From an uncultured virus (IMG/VR IMGVR_UViG_3300037601_000035) (taxonomy: Duplodnaviria; Heunggongvirae; Uroviricota; Caudoviricetes): a DNA stretch of 20,000 nt. Made by a program: the position numbers and the translations under genes. The stretch's first letter is position 1; each line of letters begins with the position of its first letter. The notes under the pieces were generated by a model, which was not told the origin of the DNA, made no database searches, and saw only the letters and a program-made list of their open reading frames with translations. Below are positions 7,988-17,779 of this stretch, piece by piece. The DNA lies in the IMG/VR virus record IMGVR_UViG_3300037601_000035. The stretch is one strand, 5' to 3'.

Positions 7988-8440
7988 ATGCTTGCAATAG
8001 TTTTAAGTATGTTAATTGGTAGTTTTGCTGTTTCTCTATTTGATGATAAAAAAAGATTTGAGGTTATAGCTGTTACTCTTATTATTCTTACTTGTATTAA
8101 TGTTTTTTTATCCCTTTGTGTAAGTGCATTTAATACTGAAAAAATAAAAGTACAGGAATTTCCTTGTAAAATTTCAAATATAAAAACAGTAATTGACGAA
8201 CGAGACAACCTTTCGTATGTAATACTGAATAAAAATGAAACATACTCTGTAGAAGAGAAAAAAATTAAATTTATTTTTGGTTCTACTAAGTATGATAAAA
8301 ACACAATTGTTCAATTTAAAGATAGAGTAAAACCTTCTATACAAAAATTAGATGATAGAGAATTGTTATATTTATTTAATTTAGATAGCTATGAATATGA
8401 AGTTCACCTAGTGGAGAAAAACAATGGAAAAATTAAATGA
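7988..8440 (+). CDS. Membrane-anchored hypothetical protein
   Basis: The ORF track starts at 7970, but ATG 7988 has GGAG upstream. Two N-terminal hydrophobic segments precede a soluble domain. Confidence 0.65.
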   Translation: MLAIVLSMLIGSFAVSLFDDKKRFEVIAVTLIILTCINVFLSLCVSAFNTEKIKVQEFPCKISNIKTVIDERDNLSYVILNKNETYSVEEKKIKFIFGSTKYDKNTIVQFKDRVKPSIQKLDDRELLYLFNLDSYEYEVHLVEKNNGKIK

Positions 8441-8621
8441 AATAATTCTAGAAGATTCTTATAGAGTCTATTATGGACAATTATTTGTAGCAGATGGAAA
8501 AATTATAAGATGCGATATTATGGGAACGGTAGCAGATCTTAAAGAAAAATTAAATGCGAAAGAAATTAAAAACTGTGATATAAGTTCTAGGTACACTAAT
8601 CAATTAAAAAAAGAAAAATAA
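8424..8621 (+). CDS. Hypothetical protein
   Basis: 65-aa ORF with a GGAG RBS, overlapping the previous stop. Confidence 0.65.
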   Translation: MEKLNEIILEDSYRVYYGQLFVADGKIIRCDIMGTVADLKEKLNAKEIKNCDISSRYTNQLKKEK

Positions 8622-8628
8622 TAGTTGT

Positions 8629-8892
8629 ATGAGTATTAATGATAAAAATGATTTAATAAAATCTGTTCTAAAACTAATTGATAAAAAACAAATAACTTTA
8701 AATACAATGATTTGGAAAGTGTTTACTTCATTTGTATTTGCTCATATTTATACATTTCTTGCAGTTGCTTTAAATAAAGAACATTCTATAGCATTTTGGG
8801 TATTCTGGGGAATGGGCGCACTATTAGTATTAGTAAGATTATTGATGGCAAGTTTAATATTGTGGGTGCAAATAAATTATGGAAAAAATTAG
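8629..8892 (+). CDS. Small membrane protein (2 predicted TM segments)
   Basis: Hydrophobic stretches IWKVFTSFVFAHIYTFLAVAL and IAFWVFWGMGALLVLVRLLMASLILWV. Confidence 0.65.
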   Translation: MSINDKNDLIKSVLKLIDKKQITLNTMIWKVFTSFVFAHIYTFLAVALNKEHSIAFWVFWGMGALLVLVRLLMASLILWVQINYGKN

Positions 8893-8901
8893 AGATAAAA
8901 A

Positions 8902-9369
8902 ATGAAAATATTATTAACACGAGAAGATTTACTTGATATAGATAAAGATATAGAAGATATACAACTATCTGATTTTAAATCCTGGTCTCCAGATACAAAG
9001 ACAGTAATTAATGCTGATATTATAACATTTGTAGATGACAATGGTGAAACTAAAGATTTAAAACATAGGTGGAAAACTAACCCAGATATGGAATTTTTTA
9101 GAACCGTAGTAGAAGGTTATGAAGGTAAATATAATTTTTCATGTTTTAAAAATACAGAACCTATAGAAATTGGAGATTATTTTCTAATGTTTTTTGGTGG
9201 TATAGCAGATGTTCAAATATGTGACTCAGAATCTATCAAAGAAGAAATTAATAAAAATGATAGGCAGTCGTCAGGACTTGGCGATTTTGTCACAGGTTTT
9301 TGGAGAAATTGTTATAAAATTGAACAGACAGATTTTAATATCGAAGACAAAGTTTCGCAAGAACAATAA
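8902..9369 (+). CDS. Hypothetical protein
   Basis: 155-aa ORF in the packed gene run. Confidence 0.7.
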   Translation: MKILLTREDLLDIDKDIEDIQLSDFKSWSPDTKTVINADIITFVDDNGETKDLKHRWKTNPDMEFFRTVVEGYEGKYNFSCFKNTEPIEIGDYFLMFFGGIADVQICDSESIKEEINKNDRQSSGLGDFVTGFWRNCYKIEQTDFNIEDKVSQEQ

Positions 9370-9403
9370 AATCAAAAAGAATGGTAAAAATTAAGGGATT
9401 TTT

Positions 9404-9886
9404 ATGGGAATAACTAAACCACCAAGAAAGGGACCATCTTTGAAATATATCCAATTAATGGAAAAAATATTTCATAAAAAAGAAACTTGTTCATTTAGAA
9501 CAAATAAGTATAAAGAATGGGAAGAAAAATACGAAAAAAATAAACGATCTTTAATAAATTTCCAAAATAAAATAGAAGTTCTTTTAGCAGATCTTTATTA
9601 TGAAGAATATCTATCTTTACAAGAATCTTCTTTAAGTCAATTGGAAAAAATTGAAATTTTAGAAAGTATTTTAAAGGATTCATTATCTAAAGAATATGAA
9701 GAAGAAAAGAAAATACTGAAATCTAATAAATCAAATCAAAAAGGTTTATTTAATTTGTTGCTTGAAGATGATTTTAATTTTAATAAATTTTTATATTTTA
9801 GAACATTCATTGATGAAGTAACAGATAAAAAGATTTTAAAGGACTATGGAAAACCTGACGAATTACACCCAAGAAAAATAAAATAA
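9404..9886 (+). CDS. Hypothetical helical/coiled-coil protein
   Basis: 160-aa K/E-rich ORF; its stop overlaps the next start (TAATG). Confidence 0.65.
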   Translation: MGITKPPRKGPSLKYIQLMEKIFHKKETCSFRTNKYKEWEEKYEKNKRSLINFQNKIEVLLADLYYEEYLSLQESSLSQLEKIEILESILKDSLSKEYEEEKKILKSNKSNQKGLFNLLLEDDFNFNKFLYFRTFIDEVTDKKILKDYGKPDELHPRKIK

Positions 9887-10290
9887 TGAATATTTTTAAA
9901 ATAGAAGAAATACAAAATAAAATAAATTTTTTAATAACTGAGTTATCTAAACCTACTTCAACAGAAAAAGAAAATCTTAGAATTATTTGTAAAGAATTTA
10001 TAGAAAATCTTATTGTATATTTAAATGTATCAAAAAATCCAGAGTTAAATATTTATTCATTAGATGAAGAATGTATTTGTATTTCTGCATGGTTAGATTG
10101 TGTCGAAGTAAATGCTGAATTATTCTCGTTTGAAAAAGAACCTGAAGTAGAATTAATAGTTAGAGCAACACAAGGAAGACATATTGAAAATGAATTTAAA
10201 GAAGGATATTTTAAAAGTATAAATAGAAAACAATTTAAAGAATTATTTGATTTTATATCAATAGAAATTAATAAACATATAGGAGATTAA
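9886..10290 (+). CDS. Hypothetical protein
   Basis: 134-aa ORF, translationally coupled to the previous gene. Confidence 0.65.
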   Translation: MNIFKIEEIQNKINFLITELSKPTSTEKENLRIICKEFIENLIVYLNVSKNPELNIYSLDEECICISAWLDCVEVNAELFSFEKEPEVELIVRATQGRHIENEFKEGYFKSINRKQFKELFDFISIEINKHIGD

Positions 10291-10291
10291 C

Positions 10292-11053
10292 ATGTTAACA
10301 ATAGACTTAGAACAGAAATTATTAAAAATGAGAGAGAAAGAAACTGAAGAAAGTTCTTTTATAGTAGAACATTTTAAAGATGTTTTAGAAGATGCAGTAG
10401 AAGAAGATAAAGAGATTTTGTCTGAAGCAGGTTTTTCTTTTTCTCATTATGAGAAAGCAAAAGAAAATACTGAAAGAAAATTTGGTAAAAATTTAGATAC
10501 TAAAAGAATTTTTAGTAAATCAGAAATTAAAAAGCTTTGTTTAAATTATAATTTAAGATTTGTTGAAACTCAATATTATAAAGGAACTATCCCACCAGAG
10601 CTTCCTCAAAAAATAAAAGAAGCAAAAGAAAATATTGGAACAGATATTAACCATGATGATTACTTTATAGTTGCTCCTCTGAATTCTTTAAAACTGGAAA
10701 AAGAACCAAAGGATCCTTTAATGTTTATAAAATTAACCGATGAATTTTATTATTTAGTTCATAAATGGGGAAATGATCTTTCTATAACAAATAGAATTTC
10801 AGGATTTATTGATAGTGGATATTTAATGAGATATTTTCTATTATTTGTTCCTTTACTTATTCTTATTGCATCAATACTAGGAACTATGGGAATTATTCCT
10901 TATATAATTTCTTATGAGGATATATTGATAAAAAGAATAGCAGGAAACGTAGGTTTCAGTTTAATAGGGTTATTAATTGTAGGATATATCACATATTTCA
11001 TAGGATCAGATCCTGAAATATATCATAGAAGGTGGAACACTCATTATGAATAA
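10292..11053 (+). CDS. Conserved hypothetical protein with two C-terminal TM segments
   Basis: Motifs IKKLCLNYNLRF...YKGTIP, IVAP and DPLMF...YYLVHKWGNDL resemble an uncharacterised family I recall from Flavobacteriaceae and their phages (not verified). Confidence 0.7.
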   Translation: MLTIDLEQKLLKMREKETEESSFIVEHFKDVLEDAVEEDKEILSEAGFSFSHYEKAKENTERKFGKNLDTKRIFSKSEIKKLCLNYNLRFVETQYYKGTIPPELPQKIKEAKENIGTDINHDDYFIVAPLNSLKLEKEPKDPLMFIKLTDEFYYLVHKWGNDLSITNRISGFIDSGYLMRYFLLFVPLLILIASILGTMGIIPYIISYEDILIKRIAGNVGFSLIGLLIVGYITYFIGSDPEIYHRRWNTHYE

Positions 11054-11435
11054 AAAATATATTGAAATAAAAGATTGGAAAGATTTTGTCGACACTCCAG
11101 GTGAATATGAAATTGTTTTTGCTGATGGTGTTTTAGAGAAGTATATCGAAAAAATTAAAAATGGAATGGCATTTTTATATAATGATCCAGACGCTGCACA
11201 ATACGGTGCACTGTTAAAAACATGCGGTACTTTAAAATTTTACGGAGATTCAACACAAAAAGAAAGTACCCATTTAGAACTTGAAATATTTGAAAATCTT
11301 CCTACTACTGAAATTCTTTCTAATTTAAAAGATATTAGAGAAAGAATGAAACTTTTTGTGTATGCAAGTGCAGAAGAAGGTATTTATAGAATTAATTACA
11401 TTCGTAATATGTATATAAATTTTTATGAAAATTGA
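11046..11435 (+). CDS. Hypothetical protein
   Basis: 129-aa ORF overlapping the previous stop. Confidence 0.65.
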   Translation: MNKKYIEIKDWKDFVDTPGEYEIVFADGVLEKYIEKIKNGMAFLYNDPDAAQYGALLKTCGTLKFYGDSTQKESTHLELEIFENLPTTEILSNLKDIRERMKLFVYASAEEGIYRINYIRNMYINFYEN

Positions 11436-11454
11436 TATGAAAAAAGGATAAAAA

Positions 11455-11604
11455 ATGATAGAAAGAATTTCAAGCAAGTAATATTACAAATGCTGTCTTG
11501 CTGGATATAAACCATATCAAATTGCTCCATTTTTTCAAAGTGCTATAGAAGTTGAAAATATTTATTTACCACAAAGATTTTGGGAGGTCCTGAATGGACA
11601 GTAA
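11455..11604 (+). pseudogene. Possible small gene interrupted by an in-frame TAA
   Basis: AAAGGATAAAAA-ATG at 11455 reads MIERISSK*YYKCCLAGYKPYQIAPFFQSAIEVENIYLPQRFWEVLNGQ*. It fills the gap between its neighbours and overlaps the next ATG. Confidence 0.4.
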
Positions 11605-12058
11605 AACTAAATGGGAAGAAATTTCTGATGCTAACCAAAAGTATCACGACCTTAAAGATGATTACATGAAGGTACAATTAGAATTGAATGGACATAGTTC
11701 AATTAGAGAAGATAGAGAAGCCTTTGGTGAGTTTATTTCAAATAAGCGTAGAGTAAATAAAAAACGAAAAGATTTAGAAGAGATAATTTTAAATAATATT
11801 GATGAACTACTTGAAAAAGGAAAGTATTACAGCTTCAGATTTAAGTATAATCAAATGAACATATACTACATACATCTTAGAAATTTTGACAAAGATAATC
11901 GTATATTATCTGGTGACATTTATGAATTCACAAGAGATCAAAAAACTATGACATTCTTTAGAGAGGCTAAGTTTGTCCCAGGTGAAACCTTTTTACATGA
12001 AATATCAAAACAAAGATTTAACTATATGTATGATAATCACGAGTTAATAATTCCTTAA
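11594..12058 (+). CDS. Hypothetical protein
   Basis: 154-aa ORF with a GGAGG RBS. It is the last plus-strand gene, and its stop overlaps the convergent stop (TTAA 12055-12058). Confidence 0.7.
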   Translation: MDSKTKWEEISDANQKYHDLKDDYMKVQLELNGHSSIREDREAFGEFISNKRRVNKKRKDLEEIILNNIDELLEKGKYYSFRFKYNQMNIYYIHLRNFDKDNRILSGDIYEFTRDQKTMTFFREAKFVPGETFLHEISKQRFNYMYDNHELIIP

Positions 12059-12354
12059 ATAACTAGAACAAATCCAGTAGAACTTACGTAATCTACTTTA
12101 TAGTGCAAATTAAATTTTTCTTCCATCAAAGAAATTACTTCTTCAATTATTTCATTTGCTTCTACCTTTGGAATATTAGGAGAAGTAAATCCTATATCTA
12201 GTTTAGTTCCTACATTAAATCTTTCATCTTCTTCAATAGAAACTTTATTTAATTCTTCTAATATTTCTTCTTCTGTTATTTTTCTTTCTGATCTTTCTTG
12301 ATAAAAATCTTCATTTACTGAAAAATCTTTAAAATTTTTATATAGTTTTTCCAT
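12055..12354 (-). CDS. Hypothetical acidic protein at the end of the structural operon
   Basis: 99-aa ORF directly after the baseplate-like gene; N-terminus MEKLYKNFKDFSVNE. Confidence 0.7.
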   Translation of the reverse strand: MEKLYKNFKDFSVNEDFYQERSERKITEEEILEELNKVSIEEDERFNVGTKLDIGFTSPNIPKVEANEIIEEVISLMEEKFNLHYKVDYVSSTGFVLVI

Positions 12355-12355
12355 G

Positions 12356-14035
12356 TTATCTTCTATTTCTTATTTGTGTTACTAAACTTTTATTTTTAAT
12401 TCTATTTGAATTCTTTTCGACTTCTTTATTAAATGTAATATTTAAAGATGAAGGTAAATTTTCTGAAAGATCTTCTAAGTAAGTTACTCCAGTATCATCA
12501 GTCCATCCACCTCTAATTATAGGATAATCTTTTTTACCTATTTGAATGTCTCCCATTTCAGTAATATAAGTATCATCATTTACTGAATAATTAGCAGGAT
12601 CTTCTTTAAAATAAACATTTACTGAATCTACTCCGTCTACATATTCAATCATTGCAATTATATCAGATTTAGGAATAGTATCTCTTCGAGTATAATTAAT
12701 AAAATAATCAGAAAGCTGATCAATAATATTTGTTCTAATTAATTCTTTAGAATGTCCTTTAAAGTAATTAATAATTACATGTAATGTGAACTTCTTAATA
12801 GTAGGTTGAATTATTTCAAATTCTGTTCCTATCATTACTTGTCCAGATCCTTCAATAGTTTCTAATAACTGAGTAGTCTCTTGTCCTGTCATTAAAAATG
12901 AACTCAAAGGAGCAGTAAAATAATTGTACTTAGGAGAAATTCTTAATGATAAATTAGGAATTAAGAACATATAAACAACATTATCGTCATCTAAATTATC
13001 ATCTTCAAATGTATTAAATACATCTACAGTAGAAAAATAATTCATTCTATTTAAATAAGATTCATAAGCATCTGTATTTGAAAGAACAAATGATCTTGAG
13101 TGTTTAGGTCCTGAAATTACAGTTACGTCTATAGGTTCTGGATTAGATCCTAATACTAAACCTTCTTGTGCTTCTACACTTAAATATTCATTTAAATCTA
13201 TAGAATTTCCTTGATTATCAAAACCTTCGTCTACAAATTCAAATCTTAAATCTCTAGCATCTATAATATTTCCAGCAGATCCTGAATTTTTAATATATGA
13301 AACAGAAATAGTAGCTCCTGGGGGTGGTGGAGTTCCATTGTAAAGAGTTCCAAAAAATATATCTATTCCTCCTCCTACAGAAGTTCTAACTTGATAACCA
13401 AGTTCTCCTAAAGGAATATCATTTAATCCATAATATCTTTTACTTACTAACCCGTTTACTTTTACTACTAAACTATCTAAATCTACAAAGTCAGAAAATC
13501 TTTCATTTATTCTAAAACTTTGTAATGATAATCCAGTTCCTGTAAAAGTTTGTTCAAATATTTCACCTTGAATAAGTTTTACGGAAATCGTTTTTTCTTT
13601 ATCATTTGAATAAAAACGTATTTCGGAATTCGATTGTGTTAAATAATATAAATTATTAGCAGGACAAAAAACTCTTGTATAATTAGGAAGTATTATTTGA
13701 TTTACTTGAGAATCTAAAGGTTGCTTTCCGTTATATCTTATTGTTGCTAAACCTGAAGCAGATGTAGCGTTTTTAGGTTGATAACCAGTTAAAGCAATTA
13801 ATCCTCTTTTAGAAGAAGATCTAGAAGCAGAATTAATATTGTTTTCTGAAATAGCATCTTCAATATAATAAAAAACTTTCTCTGTTAACCCTACTACTGC
13901 AGTAAGAATTTGTCCAAACGGAGAAGCAGGAGTATATGTCTTATTATTTTGATTATGAACTTCAGTTAAATACGTTCTTGCGTCAGAAAGTAATTCACTA
14001 AACTTGATTCTTGATTCTTTAAATATTTGTTTCAT
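12356..14035 (-). CDS. Baseplate wedge protein (T4 gp6 / baseplate J-like)
   Basis: 559 aa. The pattern (TPASPFGQIL, ENNINSA...LIALTGYQPK..TSASG, LIQGE, IFFG...G..PPPGATISVSY...G..GN, GSNPE) resembles contractile-tail wedge proteins. It lies next to a fibre gene. Confidence 0.7.
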   Translation of the reverse strand: MKQIFKESRIKFSELLSDARTYLTEVHNQNNKTYTPASPFGQILTAVVGLTEKVFYYIEDAISENNINSASRSSSKRGLIALTGYQPKNATSASGLATIRYNGKQPLDSQVNQIILPNYTRVFCPANNLYYLTQSNSEIRFYSNDKEKTISVKLIQGEIFEQTFTGTGLSLQSFRINERFSDFVDLDSLVVKVNGLVSKRYYGLNDIPLGELGYQVRTSVGGGIDIFFGTLYNGTPPPPGATISVSYIKNSGSAGNIIDARDLRFEFVDEGFDNQGNSIDLNEYLSVEAQEGLVLGSNPEPIDVTVISGPKHSRSFVLSNTDAYESYLNRMNYFSTVDVFNTFEDDNLDDDNVVYMFLIPNLSLRISPKYNYFTAPLSSFLMTGQETTQLLETIEGSGQVMIGTEFEIIQPTIKKFTLHVIINYFKGHSKELIRTNIIDQLSDYFINYTRRDTIPKSDIIAMIEYVDGVDSVNVYFKEDPANYSVNDDTYITEMGDIQIGKKDYPIIRGGWTDDTGVTYLEDLSENLPSSLNITFNKEVEKNSNRIKNKSLVTQIRNRR

Positions 14036-14058
14036 TTATTTTCTTTTTAATATTCTAC

Positions 14059-17000
14059 TTATAGAATTTTTTCAACTGAAATATCAGCATCATATAATAG
14101 AGCTTTAAAATCGTCCATTTGTCCTAAAGACTGAACGGTTAACTCGTTTGATTTTCTACGATAAACATCTATATAAGTTCGAGCAGGTCCAGTAACAACA
14201 CCAAAGACGTATTTTTCATCTTCTGTTAATTCTAAAATAGTTGTTCCTCCTATTCTAGTACATGTTGCAAGACTTACTCTATCAGGAGAACCGTTTTTAT
14301 TCCAAGTTCTCATTATATCTATAGGAGTACTTGCAGATCCTAACATTTTTACTAATGAAGCAGATGCAGTTCCTAAACCAGTTTTGATTGTATATGATCC
14401 GCCTCCACTTAATTTAAATAAACCAATTCCAGCGTGACCTAAATCATTTGTTGTATAATTTACAACCGGACTAAATGCTTCATTAAACATTACAAAATCA
14501 ATTCCAACGTTTGTAGATATTGAATATTTAGCAGTTTCTTCTGGTACTAATACAATACCACCAGTTAAATCTCCATGAGAAATTGCGCCTAAATCAGAAT
14601 CTAAAATTTCTTCTCCTACTGATCTATATCTAATTCCAGCAGCCGCAGCATTTGAAAACGTATTATAGTTTAAAATACCTGCTTGAATATCTTCATTTGT
14701 TCCTGATTGAATAGTACTTAAATATCCATAATAATTTGTACTTAAATGAATAACATTATGTTTTCCTCCAGAATTACTCGTATTCATTGAAACAGAAACT
14801 TTACCACCTGCTTCAGTAACTGAAAATTCTGAACTAAAATCTATATTGTCGTAAGTAGAAGCAACATTTGCTCCATCGCTTTGTACTGTAGGTTTAGGAG
14901 CCGTAGAGTTTATAGTTAATTGATTATCAGTTAAACTTAAACTAACATTATCTCCAGAAATAAATTCTAATTCACTATCATTATCAGAATTATGAGTAAA
15001 TGAAGTATCTACTCTAATAGTAGAATAAGAATTTGTTAAAATTGTAGAATTAGGATCTAGTGCTGCTTGTAAAGCTGTTATATTTGCATCTATCTTTAAA
15101 TAAGTATCATCTAAAATTTCATACGTAATGTATTGAGGTAACGCAAGTTTTAAATGTCCATCATTTACAACAGATACTAGATTTGCTGTTTCTACATTTG
15201 AAACGTCATGTAAAGTAACTTCAGTAAATGCTGTATTAGATGATAACAAATAAGCATCTACAGAATCTTGAGTAACTGATGTTATTCTATGAATAGCTAC
15301 CGAAGAATCTCCCATTGAAAGGCTTCCTGTCCCAGAAGAAGTTCCAAAATCAACTACAACACCAATTTTAAAACTGTTTGAACAATCTTGCGTATCACAA
15401 GCAAAATCAACTAAATCGGTTCCTTGTAATTCGTATTCTTTAGAATTATTATGTGTAATGTCATAAGAATCTCCAGTCGTTACAGAATTTAAAACAGAGA
15501 TAACTTCATTATCTTTAAATACACAAAGTTTTACCGATGCCAAAGTTCCGCCAGGATAAGTATCAATAGTAAATCTTACTCTCGCTGAAACGCTATAATA
15601 TCCATTTTGTCCTTTTTCTACTTCTATAGTTAAAGGATCTTTAGAAGTAATATTACAATTTGCATCAAAATCTTTTGTTTCAAATGAAAGATAAGAATAA
15701 TGTCCACCATAAGCAGCTGAATATTCTAAATCGGGAGTAGCAGTATCACCAGTATATCTAGCTGCTGCAGGTTGAGTTTCTTGTAAGCCTGCTCCAGGGG
15801 AAACTTTTAAATCCCAATATGTTTTTTCATCTGAAGGTGGATTTGCAATAACAGTTCCATCAGAAGATCTAAGATCAAATGCACCATTTACAGCATCTTT
15901 AAATTTAGATGAATCAGATAATTTAAGTTGATAGTTTATTTTTCCATCAGAAATGTTTTTATCTACTTGAATGTCATCTGAATTAATATCAAATCCTTTT
16001 ACTGAAATAGGATTTCCTTCTGAATCTACTGCACCAAATATTCCATTAGATGATAAATCAACTACTGAATATTTAGATTCTAATACACTTTGATTTAAAG
16101 TAACTGATCCGTCTTCTGATGTTAATACTAATCCTTCATAAATAGGATTTCCTGCATTTAAAGGATCATTAGTATTTACAGCAATCTTAGAATTTATTGG
16201 ATCTCCGTTTTCGTCTACAAAATTTCCTGTTCCGCCTGGACCACCAGGTTCTCCTGGACCACCAGTACTTCCTAAACTTACTTTATTATTTAAAACAACC
16301 CAAGAAGTTCCATTGTAACCTTCAAAATCTCCTGTGCCTGAATTATATCTAACAGCTCCTGCTTTTAATGTTCCAACAGAAGACATGTCGCCAAATATAA
16401 CTCCTCCATCTCCTGAAGTATCTATTACTTTATCATTAAATGATGCTTGATTTGTTTTAATTAAATCAACTACTTCTTGTGCAGTAATTGAAAGATCTAC
16501 CCATTCTGTTCCATCAAAACCTTGAAATTCTCCATCTTTAAATCGAATAGAACCGTCTGTTTCAATAGAAGTATCTCCTATTCTAATTCCACCGTTTATT
16601 TCTAATTTTTGTGTTGGTGTATAATCATCTGCAAAACCTACAGAAGTAGTTCCGTTCTTTCCTATTCTAAAAGTATTTACCCAAAAATCAGCATTTTCAA
16701 TTTGAAGTCTATGTAAATGCTCTGGATTTCCTGATGTTCTACCTTCAATAGATAAAATTTCTCTTCCTTCTCCTGTATCATTTATGTCATCTATATGTAA
16801 ATCAACTCCTATAGTAAATCCTGAATTTGTTAACCATCCAGATTTTTGAGTCATTGCAAAAGAATTTCCTAAATGAATATGACGACCATACATTTGGGTA
16901 GTATCATCTTCTGAATTACCTGAGTTGTAAATTTTTAATTTATAGTCATATAAATCTTTATAAAGAGAATCACTTCCTTGAATAAAAGGATACGAATCTC

Positions 17001-17505
17001 CTGGACTATCGTGTGTAGGAATTTGAAGTCCTAATGAAGAATCAGGTTTATCTATATTTGTAAGTAATAAAGTATTATTTGTCTTAGCATTAATTAAAGT
17101 TTTTAAACTTGTTTCTGCTTCTCCATCTGCTGAAGTATAACTTATGTCTTCTAAATCAAATGTTAATCCTTGAGAAAAATTAAAAGTTCCTTGCTTTATC
17201 CACCCATCATTTTTAAGCTCATAAAAATCTCCGTTAGTAGATATTACAGCATAGTCTCCTACAATTGCTGCATTTGGAAGTAAAGCAGTATTTGCTATGT
17301 TCCACCATTTAGATCCTCTTTGACCCGTCGGACCTGTTAAACCTACAGGGCCTCTAGGACCTGGTAATCCAGCACCTCCAGGATTTCCTGATTTTCCTTC
17401 AGGTCCTCCATTAGAATTTGCTATTAATTGAAAATTTTCATTTAACTTATCTACCAATACTTGAGTAGATTCGGTTACTTTTATTTCGTTTAAATTTAAT
17501 GCCAT
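14059..17505 (-). CDS. Collagen-like tail/baseplate fibre protein
   Basis: 1148 aa, G/S/T/D/N-rich. It has 11 G-X-Y triplets near the N-terminus followed by RGSKW...GDY, two G(S/A)(I/V)R(F/Y)...F(Q/E)G(F/Y)xGTxW fibre repeats, a second G-X-Y run and beta-rich C1q/BclA-like segments. Confidence 0.75.
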   Translation of the reverse strand: MALNLNEIKVTESTQVLVDKLNENFQLIANSNGGPEGKSGNPGGAGLPGPRGPVGLTGPTGQRGSKWWNIANTALLPNAAIVGDYAVISTNGDFYELKNDGWIKQGTFNFSQGLTFDLEDISYTSADGEAETSLKTLINAKTNNTLLLTNIDKPDSSLGLQIPTHDSPGDSYPFIQGSDSLYKDLYDYKLKIYNSGNSEDDTTQMYGRHIHLGNSFAMTQKSGWLTNSGFTIGVDLHIDDINDTGEGREILSIEGRTSGNPEHLHRLQIENADFWVNTFRIGKNGTTSVGFADDYTPTQKLEINGGIRIGDTSIETDGSIRFKDGEFQGFDGTEWVDLSITAQEVVDLIKTNQASFNDKVIDTSGDGGVIFGDMSSVGTLKAGAVRYNSGTGDFEGYNGTSWVVLNNKVSLGSTGGPGEPGGPGGTGNFVDENGDPINSKIAVNTNDPLNAGNPIYEGLVLTSEDGSVTLNQSVLESKYSVVDLSSNGIFGAVDSEGNPISVKGFDINSDDIQVDKNISDGKINYQLKLSDSSKFKDAVNGAFDLRSSDGTVIANPPSDEKTYWDLKVSPGAGLQETQPAAARYTGDTATPDLEYSAAYGGHYSYLSFETKDFDANCNITSKDPLTIEVEKGQNGYYSVSARVRFTIDTYPGGTLASVKLCVFKDNEVISVLNSVTTGDSYDITHNNSKEYELQGTDLVDFACDTQDCSNSFKIGVVVDFGTSSGTGSLSMGDSSVAIHRITSVTQDSVDAYLLSSNTAFTEVTLHDVSNVETANLVSVVNDGHLKLALPQYITYEILDDTYLKIDANITALQAALDPNSTILTNSYSTIRVDTSFTHNSDNDSELEFISGDNVSLSLTDNQLTINSTAPKPTVQSDGANVASTYDNIDFSSEFSVTEAGGKVSVSMNTSNSGGKHNVIHLSTNYYGYLSTIQSGTNEDIQAGILNYNTFSNAAAAGIRYRSVGEEILDSDLGAISHGDLTGGIVLVPEETAKYSISTNVGIDFVMFNEAFSPVVNYTTNDLGHAGIGLFKLSGGGSYTIKTGLGTASASLVKMLGSASTPIDIMRTWNKNGSPDRVSLATCTRIGGTTILELTEDEKYVFGVVTGPARTYIDVYRRKSNELTVQSLGQMDDFKALLYDADISVEKIL

Positions 17506-17521
17506 TTTTATTTCTTATTTT

Positions 17522-17779
17522 TTAAATGTACTTAAAACTAATTTTAATATTAAATTTAAGTTTTCTTCCTTTTTCTAAAGGTCTTTTTAATTCAATAATT
17601 TCTTTGCTTGTATCTTCAACGTTAAAATTAGAGTCTATAATTAAGTCTAAATCACTTTCAGTGTACTCTGTTGATGTAGAATCTTTACTTAATATGTTAA
17701 TGCTATCAATTGAATAAAGCTTCTCTAAGTCATTGAAAATTAATCTTTTTAAACTATCTTCTATTTCCACATCATCTAA
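17522..17779 (-). pseudogene. Detached second copy (copy B) of the 3' end of the 19166-20000 gene
   Basis: 17522-17766 aligns to 19166-19413 as a 115-nt block with 4 mismatches, a 40 vs 43-nt variable block and a 90-nt block with 5 mismatches. The reading frame is intact to the same stop. There is no convincing own start (GTG 17770, no RBS). Confidence 0.85.

Noticed and set aside
7918..9683. ORFs 7918-8304 (-), 9209-9394 (+) and 9495-9683 (-)
   Set aside because: They overlap better-supported plus-strand genes and have no RBS or motifs.
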